DNA of 62,637 nucleotides, filler included, from Choristocarpus tenellus KU-1152 (lineage: Eukaryota; Protista; Phaeophyceae): NCBI GenBank assembly GCA_964200185.2. It is 11 parts of 11 records of this genome, joined end to end, with 100 filler letters (N's around TTAATTAATTAA, not from the genome) between each part and the next. Parts side by side here need not be neighbours in the genome. Positions count along the whole stretch, not along the records: positions 34,253 to 39,959 come from CAXNAD020009957.1; positions 40,060 to 43,951 come from CAXNAD020017321.1; positions 44,052 to 47,738 come from CAXNAD020018521.1; positions 47,839 to 51,843 come from CAXNAD020016703.1; 7 more parts are not named here. The stretch is one strand, 5' to 3'. The notes beneath the pieces were generated by a model. It had not been told where the DNA came from. It did no database searches and saw only the letters and a list, made by a program, of their open reading frames with translations. Positions 35,452 through 48,092 of this stretch are shown piece by piece; position 1 is the stretch's first letter; each line of letters opens with the position of its first letter. Both the position numbers and the translations under genes were made by a program.

Positions 35452-38400
35452 CTTTTTTTTTTCAGCACAAGGCGGCCGAAGTCAGTGCAACCCGGTGCCT
35501 AGGGCTACTACTGGCATACCTAGAGGAGAAGGGAAGGCGTCTGAGTGCTCAGGGGGTGACTGTTCGGAGTCATCAGAGGGTTGGGGTGGGGCTGGGGCGT
35601 GGTGCACCTTTGAGGGTGGTTGTTAGAGTTTGTGATAAGGCTGTTAATGTGGAGATGTTTGCACACGATTGCATTGGATCTCTTCGAGCGGTGAGTTTAA
35701 TTAGGGTTAGGGTTAGGGATTGCTGAATGGCATTGGTGGACCAGTTGCGTGTTGTGGTTGATGTTAGGATTAGGGTTAGGGATTGCTGAACGGCATTGGT
35801 GCACCAGTTGCGTGTTGTGGTTGATGTTAGGATTAGGGTTAGGGTTAGGGTTATGGAATCAATGACTATTTTGTTTGTAAACGTATTATGTTTGTCTTCT
35901 AACTTTTTGTTTTCAGGAGGTGTCCAAGCAGCTTGGATTGGGTGCTGGGTCTCACAAGTTTCGACTGTTATATGCTGGGCGCGAGCTTAGCAGGGATGAC
36001 CGGACTCTCCAGGTGTGTTTGTCTGTGTGAACTGGATTGTTGCTCTTGAAGCGTTCTGTTGATATGTTGGTATGTTTGTACGATATACTGGTCAGGGCTA
36101 GCACGTGATTTTTAAGCATTTATGTTAGCTTTGATTAGGGTTAGGGTTACATCTTTTGTAGTTGTGTGCTACCTTAGTTAAGTGCATGCATGCGCTGTGT
36201 GCTTCATGTTTCAAGTTATTTGGAACTTGAATAATGATTGTTTCGATTATCCCCTTGATATTTTTGTTATTATTATTATTATTTTTTTAAATTGTTATAT
36301 TGATATTATTGTTATTTTTATTATTTATTATTGTTATTTTTTATTATTATTATTATATTGATATTATTGTTATTGTTATTATTTAATATTATTATTATTT
36401 TTGTTATTATTCACGTTTGTTTCTAGATGAGATCGAGTTCAATGCACTCCTTTTCCAAATATTTAAACATGCCTGTGTCCCGCCATGTAACTTAGGGTTA
36501 GGGTTCTGGTGTTGTATAAATTATGGCGTTCTGATGAGATGGTAGTTTTTTTCAATATATATATATATATCTTTGCTGTGTACAGGAGGAAGATGTCAAA
36601 GATAGCGTTACTATTCAGGCAGCCGGGTGCAGACCACAGCAGCCGGGTGCAGACCAGACGAATTTTCAGGTACATTGGTATATACCCTTATTTGGCAAAT
36701 TTGGTTTTGATACGAAAATTAATAAATGTCCTAGCCCTAACCCTCTTTCGTAGGTCGTAAGAATAAGAAATGGAATAAAAAAAAATTCTGTTGATGGATA
36801 ATTTTTCAGTGGGGAATGTAAAAATTTACTTATCTTTACTTCTTTTTTTTGGTAAGTAATCAGAACTGGCAATTTGTGTGTAAAAAATGTTCTCTATAAA
36901 ATGTTCTATACAACCTTTAATTACTTTTTTGTGTGATATTCAATGAAATACAAAACTGCCGTAAATGATGAGCTTAGGAGCATACTAACCCTAACCCTAA
37001 CCCTAACCCTTGTTTGACTAGGTACACACTACTGCTACTAGAGGTAGAGTTAGGGGTGGGTAGTATGCTGGTTTGTTGTTATGGTAACCTAGCAGGAGAT
37101 GTAGGCATGGAGGGAAGGGGGTACGATGGGCAGGACTCAAGGGTATTTTGACAACCAGACTTCATCATGGATTGCACCACCTTGATGGGCGTTATCAATG
37201 ATCCCTCTTGGAAGATCTCGAAAGCGCTTGTTTGGCAATTTTTTTTGTTCTTAGGACAGATTCCTTCAGATAAAAAATGAAATCACAAACTTTGCCTTTG
37301 ATTCTTATTGTACCTTTTTTTGACACGGGCTGGCTATACCTTGTTTGACACCATCTGCCAACTGACTACACATTTCAACATTCAACTGAACTTTAGTGTT
37401 CACCTATTGTTGGTATTTTCCTATTTATAATGTTTATCCCGAACTGTTGCTGTGACTCTGTGGCCAGACCCAGAGCCTTCCCAACACCACAGCCTTGGCC
37501 ACCGCCTCCAGTGCTTTCTCAGCACCTGGGAGACAAGAAAATGACCATGACAGTAGGGTTACCTCAGACCCCAGAGCCATGGAGGTGGACAAGGATAGCA
37601 ATGTTGAAGATGGCTTGCCAGTGACAGGACCTTCGGAAATGAGATCAGCATTAGGGTTAGGGTTAGGGTCTGGGGATGGTTTTGATGGAAATGGGAAGGT
37701 GGATGCGGCTACGAGGTGTAGGAATAATAGTGAAGTTCCCCTGCATGAGCTGGAGAGTCAAAGGAGTTTAGATACACTGTTTGTGTTGATGGAGTCAGGT
37801 CATGGGATTGGAAGGCTGGTCTGGGAGCTCCTGATGAAGATGCCCACTAATCAGCAGTTGCTTGAACAACTTCAGTGAGTGGTTTGGTTTGGGGTTGAGG
37901 TTGGGGTTGGGGTTGGGTTGTTGGGGTTAGGGTTTTAGTGCTCTGTTGCTTAGATATGATATTATTAGTACTACATGTGGAAGTTGTAGGATGTACTTGG
38001 TAATAGTGTTTGGGGGGTTTTGGTTAGGGTTTTGGTTTTTGTTTAGACATCATAGTACCTAGGGTTAGGGCTAACGGTTCTTGAACATCTTCACAGAGTG
38101 GTTTTGGGGTGTTAAGGTTAGGTCTTAGTGCTCTGTTGCTCACACATGGTTTCGTTAGTACTAGATACAGAAGCTGTGGGATACACTTGAAAATTATGTT
38201 TGGTTGAAGGTTGGAGTTTTTGTTATTTGTTTACCTAGCCTGTAGTACCTAAGGTTAGGGCTAGGAAGTGCGTGAGTTCTAAGCTACAACCCTAACCCTA
38301 AACCCAATGTTTTGGGTTTTTGTAACCCTAACCCTGAACTGCACTTCTTGTGGAATTTGGTTTGTCATCTTCCCTTCCCCAGCCCTTTTTCTATACTTCA

Positions 38401-39959
38401 GCCAGCAGGTGTGTACTCAAATACACGCCTCCCTTTCACATCCAAAACCATCCCTGACCAATTCTCACGCATCACCCCTTTTTTTATTCAAGTCATTCCA
38501 GATATATGCCGATGTCATTATACAATAAGGGTTAGGGTTAGGGTTAGGTTTGGTGAACCTCTAACCCTACTCTTGTAGCATTGATTTACTCTCCCCCCAC
38601 CCTCGAGGGAGTGTTAGGGTTAGGGTAAGGTTTGAACCCGGGTGGGCAAGGAACCGTTATTTATTGTGTTGGATACAATGGTTCACGCCCAATGTTCAGG
38701 ATGCCCCACAAGAAACTTCCTGAAATGTTTCCTGCTTGGAGTTCTGTTGTCAGGTGACGAGACTCAAAGTACACCTGTAGTGTATTCCCAGTTCTACTTG
38801 CTCAATTTGTAAAGATTGGGTGTTTGGTGTTTGTCCTGGATGAGTGTTGTTTACTTCTTTTTTTATTTTTTTTTCTGTCCTGGACAAAAATAAAAAAAAT
38901 AATGTTATCATTCAAACTTTCCGAGACCCACATAAAGGAGCTGTTGTGAATGACTGAGAAAGTACATGTGTTGGTCTTCGTTACTAACCCTAACCCTAAC
39001 CTTTTGATTTTGAGCTTTTTACCTTTGAAGGTTCAGAATTAATATCATATTATTATTATATTCTATTATTTTTTTTATTAGTATTTAGTATTTTCCTGTT
39101 GCGTGAAATTCAGGAACATTATTATTCTTCTGTTTTGACGGTCACTGAAGAGGAGCTGGGGGTAGAGCTCATTTTTGTGGGGAACCTTGGAGGTTAGGGT
39201 TAGGGCACCTTGGAGGCTTGTGGGAGACGTTCGTCGTGGTCAATGGTAAATGTGTTGTCTGTGTGAGGTATTTGCCTGTGAAACACCTTCAACTTCTTTC
39301 AGCATCTAACTAACCTCAACCCTAACCCTACCCTAACCCAACACAAAGGTGAGCAATAATGTTACCTCTGCAAGAGCTGCGATGCTTTTTGAAATGAAAG
39401 TGGTTCCTTCATTGAAGAATTAGCATAATCCATAGTTTAAAGAATTTTGACAAAATTTAACTTTCAAAAACCAACTGCAGGTCAATCGGAACAGGTCCCT
39501 CTGGAGGTGCAGATGAGCATATCTGCCCTCTCTTCCAGCTCCTCAATGCCTCTGCAAGCCGGTTGCTGTACTCTCTCATGACTGTGGATGCTCTGCTCTC
39601 TCAGGACATAACCCCAGTTTCTCCTGACGCTCGGGATGCTGCCGTGGCCCAGGGCATCGCCGCGGCAGCTACCAGGGCAAAACATATGGGCTCTGGGGCA
39701 GTAAGTTCCTCGCCTGTGGCTGAGACACAAGGCGTGGGGGAAGTAAGGCGAGTTGATGGAGTGGGCTGCTATGGTGTTGATTTTCCAGTAGAAGAGAGTA
39801 CAAAAGAGCCAGTGGGTGAAGCGATGGAGGGGGGGGGCAGGGGGGAGGAAGAGAGCTGGTCATTGCGGTTTGTGAAGTGTGGGGAGTTGGAGGCACTGCT
39901 GGAGCTGGCTCTTACCAGAAGACTCTGGGAGGAAGGGCAGAGGGGGGCGGATGTGATGG
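34253..39959 (+). CDS. Large ubiquitin-specific protease (USP34/USP24/USP9 'fat facets' type), internal part with UBL domain; exons <34253-34442, 35466-35690, 35917-36012, 36586-36669, 37468-37874, 39481->39959
   Basis: TRCLGLLLAYLEE...RGAPLRVVV...EMFAHDCIGSLRA|EVSKQL...FRLLYAGRELSRDDRTLQ; LVWELLMKMPTN; SRLLYSLMTVDALL; WSLRFVKCGELEALLEL. These motifs appear in the order known for USP34/24/9, and phases are consistent. Confidence 0.82.
34461..39340. repeat. Dense cluster of short interstitial telomere-type repeats (TTAGGG/CCCTAA)1-4 in both orientations
   Basis: Examples at 34461-34495, 34979-34993, 35127-35235, 35701-35850, 36985-37010, 37651-37668, 38290-38335, 38527-38570, 38984-39001, 39193-39206 and 39310-39340. 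Confidence 0.95.
35701..35850. repeat. 63-bp tandem duplication bounded by TTAGGG arrays
   Basis: gattgctgaaYggcattggtgSaccagttgcgtgttgtggttgatgttaggattagggttagg starts at 35718 and 35781. Confidence 0.9.
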
Positions 39960-40059
39960 NNNNNNNNNNNNNNNNNNNNNNNNNNNNNNNNNNNNNNNNN
40001 NNNTTAATTAATTAANNNNNNNNNNNNNNNNNNNNNNNNNNNNNNNNNNNNNNNNNNNN

Positions 40060-40234
40060 GAGGTGGGGGTGGGGGTGGGTGGGTCTACATCAGGGTGTCA
40101 ATTTGGGCCATAACCAGGAAAAGTGCACTTACACTATCCATCCGACATATGCGACCAAATAACGCAAAAATCGCGACATGAAAAAAATGGCCCCAAATGG
40201 ACAGCCATCACCCCCCCGCCAGATACTTCAAGCC
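40060..40234 (+). mobile_element. MITE family A copy at contig start
   Basis: cagggtgtcaatttgggcc...ccaggaaaagtgcac...ccccaaatggacagcc...ccagatacttcaagcc. Confidence 0.82.
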
Positions 40235-40999
40235 TCAAACCATAGCTCTTAGCTTCCAATACATCAAGTAATCAAGGAGAAAACAATCATGCCGAGTTCT
40301 TTAGCTTGAGAAATGAGCCCTGCTGCATCAGCAAATATTGCACCGGTTAATATCTGAAATCCTGGAGGCACTGAGGGGGGAGATTGCAAAATCTTGTTTT
40401 GTATGCCACCTAGTTGAAGCTACCTTTCTGTCTTGTTCACCAGCAGACAACAACAACAATCCTGGTTGTGCAGATCATTTAACAGATCATGTGATGAAGC
40501 TATGGCTAGTTGCTAATGTTATCCACCCGGTTCTTCTGTTGCTATGTACAGCTTTCATTTCAAGTACTCTCCTCAAGACGAAATTCAGACTGAAGACTGA
40601 AGATCTAACCTAATCCTCCTACTGTGATATAATTGCCCAGGCCGAGCAACTGAAGTTAGACCAGGCTGATGAACAGATGCTAGAGGTGGGTACATATGTT
40701 CTTAAACCGTTGCAGCTCAAAATATCTCTGGAGTATTGGCGAGATTGAGGGGCCGTGAGTATGACACCAAAACCAACACATGCAAGAATGTCCTTAATAT
40801 CACATTGAGTTGATAAGGGTTCCTCTCACCTGCCACCTCCTAAATTCTAACAATATAAGTACCATCATTATTATATATTGACATTTTCTTAATTATTCTT
40901 GATTTAAATAAATTAATATATTCTTATTACAATTACAATAGTTCTTATCATTTCATTATCATGACCATACCAATATTTTCATCTTTGATATACTATGAT

Positions 41000-41500
41000 A
41001 TTTTTGTGCCCTCTAACATTTTGCAAATGTGCCAGGGGAAAAACTAATGAAAACTATTCACATGTCTGAAAATCCCTAAAACAATAACAGTTGTCACAAA
41101 AGTGACATATTGATACATTATCGTTGATATTTTGTCTTTATCGTAACACTACAGAAATTTAATGGAAATTAATGAGGCAAATTCTAAATGCTTCTGTACT
41201 GATCTTCATAAATGATAAAAATAACATTATAACTTACTGCAATTTCTATACATATAGTATAACGAAGATGTTTAGAATATATTGATTATACTGCGAGGTA
41301 TTACAGATATCTGCATAGAACATAAAAACAATAGTAGAATAACAGTATCTACTCTTTTATGTGTTAACCAACTCTAACCATGACCCTAAGTATTGCTTTA
41401 AAATTGACCTATTCATGTGATTCATTGACATTTGAATGGTTTTTCACTGTTTTTTCTCCTGACACATCTACAAAATGTCAGAGGGCATAATAATATATAC
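41000..41500. mobile_element. Two arm fragments of the TTAA/GGG foldback family seen at 47355-47738
   Basis: tgccctctaacattttgcaaatgtgccagggg...aatgaaaactat...ccc|taaa (41000-41080) and cctgacacatctacaaaatgtcagagggcataata (~41457-41492). Confidence 0.65.
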
Positions 41501-41823
41501 ATTATTATTGTAATTCTTGAATATATCTACATAATTTCCACTATTTTTTTATTTGCATATATTCACTATGTAGCTATAATTATTGTCCACATAGTATATT
41601 TTTAATATCTTTAAATTCTCTAGTCATTGTCAATATCTAAGTAAATACATCATATAGAGTATTTCTATTATCTAAAAATATTTGTAATTGTTATTACTAT
41701 CCTCCAACTATTGTTTTGATATTAGTATGAACTAGATACTGTCTTCTTTGCTCACTTAAAAAATATGTCTATTCCAACTTTCTAAATTATTTGTTGTCAT
41801 TATGGTACTAACTACTATCATCA

Positions 41824-42080
41824 GTTTCAGGGTATCTTAGAGGGCAGAGCCGCGTCCATTTGGAGGCCAAAATCCAATGTTGCAATTTTGATGTAATTTT
41901 GACTATCATGTTTGTTAGGAGATGCCAATAACCTTGCTCCAGACTCCTTTTCATAACGTATACATTTTACCTACCGTGAAACATTTTGGAGTAGGTAAGG
42001 TGTCATTATGAACCCGTGGAAAGCCAAGCCCTAAATGGACAAACAGGGCTAGACACGTACCCTCTAAGATACTTTCACCC
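41824..42080 (+). mobile_element. MITE family B, full copy with 3-bp TSD TCA
   Basis: tca|gtttcagggtatcttagaggg ... ccctctaagatactttcaccc|tca. Confidence 0.85.
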
Positions 42081-43764
42081 TCACTATTATCAATGTTATC
42101 AATATTTTTCCTAAATTATTAAGATATATTTGTATAATAATAAACAAAAAAACCCCATAAAGAAATGAAAATTTATTACTTGAAGGGGCCCTTACCGACC
42201 TTTTGGGATTCTCTCATGTTTATACCATGTAAAACCAAGTATTTCCCCTCCATTCGTCCGTCTGTCTGTCTGTCTGACTGTATGCTTGTCTGTCCATTTG
42301 CCTGTCGAATGTCTCTTTGACTGTTAAGTCTTTGTGTCAGTGTCTGTACATTACCAGCACCAGCTCTCATGTACACATAGGAAAAAAAATACAAGTAGTT
42401 GCTCTTCTCCCATCCTTCTGTGTCTGTCAGTACTTTATCAGTACCATCTCTCATCCTTGTGCGTACACTTGCCTGAGTGCACACACATACTTGTTCCAAG
42501 CAATCAATTCTTTGGGCCCCTCTCACACCTGTACCAAATAAAACCAACAATTTCTGCCCTTTCAAACCTACTTGTTCCAAAAAGCCATAAACCTTGAAAT
42601 AAAAAATGGAAACACCAGCTCTATAGACCTCTTTTCTACCTTTCACGTACATAGGGTTTAAAATGAAGTGATTCCTTTTTTTCCGTTCGTCCATCCACCT
42701 GTACATTAGCAGTGCCGAGTCTCATCCACATGTGTAGAGTAAGGAATAGTTGCAGTTTGTATATAGGTCAGATTTTGACACAACACCTTCACTTCAACAT
42801 AATATACCTTGCGTGCAAAAGACTCAAGGAGTCACGCCAGGCCCTCTCCTTTCCCTTGTCCCTCTTCCTGTTGTATACTCACAACCCCTGAGGGGTCCAG
42901 TCCCTCTCAGAGGAGCCTATAATTGTTGTATAGATTTTGATATCGAAAAATGATACATATTTTTCGGTAATTTCGAAGGCATTTTAAATATTTTTCAATT
43001 ATTTTATACATTCACCACCGTCACCATCACACTACTGAAGTTGAAAAAAGGCATTATTTTTACTAATAGTCTTGATATCATATTATTATTAGTGTTATTA
43101 GTCAAAGAACTTGCGGTTAAGTTGAAGGCAACTAGAAAATTTCCTATTGATGTGGTTAAACTGTTGGTGCACAGGCAGACACTCTCAAATTGTGCAGTTT
43201 GCCAAGTGGTACATGGTGCTGTGAGGCGCAAAACTCCTGGGCTCGAACAGAGCCCCTCCAGAGATACGAATTTTGTCCTTCACTCTTTCCTGCCCTTTTT
43301 CTCATCTCCAGAGGTGTGTTCTCCAGTAGTTTTTGAGAGAGAATATTGCTCATTCATATCCTGCTTTAATGGAAAGCTGAAGATGCATGACGGTTTGGCA
43401 GATGGATCCACAAAACTGTTGAGACCCAAATACTCCAAAGGCCTCTCAGGCAGATCCAAAGTCGTGAATGTGTAGAGAGTCGTGGGTAGAGACACCTTGT
43501 GACCAATGTACTAGGTTGTGTTGTGTGTGGTTTTGTGACTTCTGAGATTTTCAGTCTTACTTCTGTTTGTACAGAAAAAATAACCCTGCCCCGAATAACC
43601 AAACATTTCAAGTTCAGTTGTTGGATTCTTTCCAATTAATTGAGCTGAAGTCCAATGACCTGTTACCATTCACATCACAAATGACTATCTTCTTTATATT
43701 GGTAGTATCATTGCTTTTGAAATAATTATAAAACATCTTTCACATTTACGACAATGGTTACTTT

Positions 43765-43930
43765 GGCTCAAAGTACCTGGGGAGGGGTGGCGGCTGTCCA
43801 TTTGGGGTCAATTTTCTCATGTCGCGATTTTTGAGTGATTTGGTTCCATGCGTCGGACAGATAATGCACGTTTCCTGGTTTTGGCCATATGGACACCCTG
43901 GTGTAGAACCCCCCCCCCCCCCCCCCCCCC
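43765..43930 (-). mobile_element. MITE family A copy (reverse) running into poly-C near the contig end
   Basis: ggctcaaagtacctggggagggg...ggctgtccatttggggtcaatttt...tggacaccctggtgtag-polyC. Confidence 0.82.
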
Positions 43931-46471
43931 ACCCTCTTGTGCTTTTCTTGGNNNNNNNNNNNNNNNNNNNNNNNNNNNNNNNNNNNNNNNNNNNNTTAAT
44001 TAATTAANNNNNNNNNNNNNNNNNNNNNNNNNNNNNNNNNNNNNNNNNNNNCTGTTTGACCGAAACGGACGCCCCCTCACAAACCACCACCCCCCCCCAG
44101 ATTCTTTGACCTTAAGGAGATGCTTTGAAGTACTATACACACCAAATGTTGCCCTTAGTATACATGAAGTCGGAATAATGTACATAGCAAGATAATGTGT
44201 GTAGAACAGGAGATTAGTGATGGATCGGGACATTGGAATATAGTGATGTTGAAGCAACATTCTAGGAAATATATTACTTGGCGATCTACCGAATTGCGTG
44301 AAAGCGAATTGGTGGTGATTAGGAACCACCCCCCCCTTACGGATAGGACTAACTCTTTGCTGTAACTTATTGAAGCGCATTCTACATCATCTTCTTGGTG
44401 AAGCATCAAACTCTTTGTTCGTGTGCAAACATGGACCACGGGACATACTCCTCTTGAAGATGTCTCTAGCATCTAGCTTGTGTTCGTTCGTACTACTGTA
44501 CTTGAAAGCGACACTTGACAAGTTTTGATTTAATTTACATATGTGCTACAAGTGTAAAGATATTAATTTATAACACGAGCAAGGAAGGGGTGTGTTTCGA
44601 CCTTAGAACCATATCACCCCCTCCTACTCCTTCCTTGAGTATGAATGCAACTTCGTTGGGTGACGACCAGCCATTGTGCACGTAGGATAGTAGATGCATG
44701 CCTCGAGAACAGCCTCGTAAGGTATTTTCACCATCACTCAGAAAAGGGCTCTCCCTTGGAGGACTTCCAAGCATACCAGACAAACTAGTAGTCGGAGCAG
44801 TTTGCAAGTCATGGTATGGGTTGCTAACCTCAACTTGGAGTGTGGAGTGTTGAAAGATTGAACTGATTCCAGAAAGAACGATAAAGGTACCAAGTTATTG
44901 GGGAACTGTGATCACATAGGCTGTAAAGTGAATTGTTTGGACAGTTGAGTGGAAACTTTTGTCGCATTGGATCAATAGAATGCATTCACCTGCAACCTCC
45001 GTAGTCCCTATACACAGTACCTTGAAATCATTGTTGTTACAACTTGTTAAGGGAGTAAGGTTTCCCATAGTAGGCGGCATGATGTCCTTCTGGCACTGTC
45101 AAATTATGACTGTATTTGCACTCTCTGTTTATAAGGTGTATCAAAGTTAAAGTTCATGTACTTTCCCTCTTCAGATGCTGAATTGTTCACCATGGTTAAC
45201 ACCAACAATCAAACGTTGGAGTGGTATATGCACCAAGGTATTTTTGTTTACTCCTTGGTACGCAAGTCTTCGTTGGTTCATTCATGAACAACCCATGATA
45301 CGCATGTTTAACAATATATTAATCAGGTCGATACCAGTAGTTGGTTGAGGTAGTTTCTCTCTTCTAGGATGTACATTCTCATGTACTATTGTGTATGTAT
45401 ATGCGACTACTTGCAGCCAGCACTGTTGTAGGTTGATTCCCATTGTACACTAGATTATATATTATTACTATTTTTGGTATCGATATATTGTATGACACAC
45501 ACCGACTGTGAGAATAATAATGTAGAGAGGACATGCAAGCCCATATTGATAATCAATGGTTGGGCTGCAGTTTCAGGATACGAATTTTTCTGTCCCCGAA
45601 GTCTGAAAAATGCCTCAAAATACCAAACATATGTTGTTTGTGGGAGTAGTAACGTTTTATTGAGAAGGTAACAAAACCCAACAGTAATTGCACACTATTA
45701 TTAGCATGCCAAAGATAAGAATAACATGATCAAACAAAGAGTAGACCTCTCTCAACACATACAATAATATACACGATGATACAAGTACACAACTAAGTTT
45801 CAAAGTTACTGTACACAGATATATCAGAAGCATTATTCACATTTGTCCGAGGGGGTCCAAGAATCACAGTTGTTGCCAGGTATCGCAGAGGAGAAGCCAC
45901 AAACAAACATGAGAAAAAGCTACACACAAACAAAAACGAAGGAAAAAAAGGGACGAGAAACTTATTGTAGCTATGAGAGGCAGTCGAGGCCCAGACAATG
46001 CCCTCTAGGAATGCCCCAATAATGGTAAGGACTGGATGGGACAGGGCATCAACACCACCAGCATCTCCGCGGACTAGGTTGTAGAGAAAAATAATATCTC
46101 AGGGTCATTCCATCCGCTCATTCATTGCAGATCACAATAAAGGGACACAAGTGCACAAACTGGAGAAAAGAGACCAATTAGAGAAGAAGCAATATTCAGT
46201 CAAGAGGTGATAATGTGGCAAACTGAGCTCTAGTGAGTCCTTGTACTTGGTATGGGTGTCGTCCGAAGATGAGCAGTACCGAAGAAGATCATACCAGGAA
46301 GAACATAGGTGCTGATTCTTAGGATCTTCATTTCGATTGTTCGTTAGTTTTGATCATAATAATTGAGAACAGACTGAGGCTGTGACTATCTACTCTAAGT
46401 CTGAAATAGAAGACACCAGAAATTATACTAAACAGCAGGACGGTTCAACAGAACAAATCTTTATCTTACAG

Positions 46472-46650
46472 TGCAAGTTAATACAGACGTTTATGAAACC
46501 GCTGCATATGACTTGCTCCTTGAAGCAATGCAGGTTGTAGTTGGCGGTGGAGATTCTCCGATGCGTCGACAGGTCAACAAGGGCGTTGCTACCTGGGCCT
46601 CCACCACGAGGAATGCCTTCCCATCCGTATATGGAAACACCTATATGCAG
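46472..46650 (+). CDS. Possible isolated exon of an unknown protein
   Basis: ttacag acceptor, open frame QVNTDVYETAAYDLLLEAMQVVVGGGDSPMRRQVNKGVATWASTTRNAFPSVYGNTYMQ and CAG|gtgctg donor. Confidence 0.4.
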
Positions 46651-47354
46651 GTGCTGCATCCACGTTTGACGCCGCCCAATCTACCTTTACATCCACACCA
46701 ATAATACTAGATACCAACAAGGAAGGAAGGAACCAACTGCTACCTGCAACCTGTAAGGCCTCAATAACTCAACAGTAGTTGTCATTTTCTTATTACAACG
46801 AAAAACAAATGTAGAGATAGGGTTGGTGATATCATTTTCTGGATATGATCATTTGTGCGGTTCAGTGTGCATGAAAAAATACCTTATTAATATTTCTGAT
46901 ATCTCGATTAATAGCAGTCAAGAACGTCGACTTAGTTCTAAAGTTTGATCCTCGTAGTTACAAACCTCAACACCTTCGTGGTGGAAAGTTTTGGGGCGCC
47001 TCAGCAAGCAAGCGGGATACTTCCTGGATGAGGTGGCTACTCACATGGTGAGGGGGAGAGGAACTGGAGGATTTAGCAGAAAAGGAGTAGTTAAATCCCG
47101 CCTGCGCCAAATTATCTCGGTGACTACGCAAGTGGCATTGTCTAGACGCGTCATGCGTTTTAAGCTAGAGTCACCAGGGAATGGGCACGGAGGGGTTTAT
47201 TGGATTCTTGGGATGCCTCCCTAGCTTCTCCCCCCGGGGCGCAGGAGTAGGTAGATTGGAAGGACATTAAGGCAGTAGTAGCACAATATTGATAGTGGCG
47301 AAGTAATAATTATTAGATTAGTGCTTTTCTCATTTATGATATTTTATTTCTTAA

Positions 47355-47738
47355 GGGCTTATACTGATATATGTATAGTTTTCATTTGTTTCCCCCCTGA
47401 AACATCTACAAAATGTCAGAGGGCATAATAATAATATAAAAATCCTAGCCATACAAGGGTCGAAGTAGCTGTCGCCTGAAATCTTTACTGACGTCAAATG
47501 ATATGAAATAGATGATAAAAAAAATAGATGATATGAAATATGAAGAGCCTGGGGGGCAAATTTAGATACTTCCGAGACTAGAACCCGGGGCGTGAGATTC
47601 AGAATCTCAAGTGTTACCAACTATACCATAAGACCCAACCTGTTTTGTAAAGGTTCTTTATATAAGTATATTATTATTATGCCCTCTGACATTTTGCAGA
47701 TGTGTCAGGGGGAAACCAATGAAAACTATATATATATA
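47355..47738. mobile_element. Foldback/MITE with ~65-bp inverted arms starting TTAA|GGG (Kolobok-like ends); right end lost at contig break
   Basis: atagttttcatttgtttcccccctgaaacatctacaaaatgtcagagggcataataataatata (~47374-47437) is mirrored at ~47667-47732; TTAA at 47351-47354. Confidence 0.7.
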
Positions 47739-47838
47739 NNNNNNNNNNNNNNNNNNNNNNNNNNNNNNNNNNNNNNNNNNNNTTAATTAATTAANNNNNN
47801 NNNNNNNNNNNNNNNNNNNNNNNNNNNNNNNNNNNNNN

Positions 47839-48092
47839 CAAAGTATCTTAGAGAGTAGAGCCGTGTCCATTTGGGGTTAAAATCCAATGTTGCGATTTTG
47901 ATGTAGTTTTGGCTATCGCGTTTGCTAGGATTTGTCAATATCTATGTTTCCGACACACCTTTTCATAACATATATATTTTACCTACTCCTAAACATTCTG
48001 GACTAGAAAAATGTCATAAAATAAGCAATGGGAAGTCAAGCCCCAAATGGACAAACAGGACAAAACTCGTACCCTCTAAGATACTTTCACTC
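47839..48092 (+). mobile_element. MITE family B copy at contig start
   Basis: caaagtatcttagagag...gtccatttgggg ... ccccaaatggacaaacagg...ccctctaagatactttcactc. Confidence 0.87.

Noticed and set aside
16912-39959. Functional cluster of ubiquitin/trafficking genes (HPS3-like, VPS2, UBL, USP)
   Set aside because: Except for the VPS2/UBL pair, the genes lie on different contigs joined artificially.
34253-39959. True telomere or chromosome end
   Set aside because: Arrays are only 1-4 units, occur in both orientations and lie within a continuous multi-exon gene.
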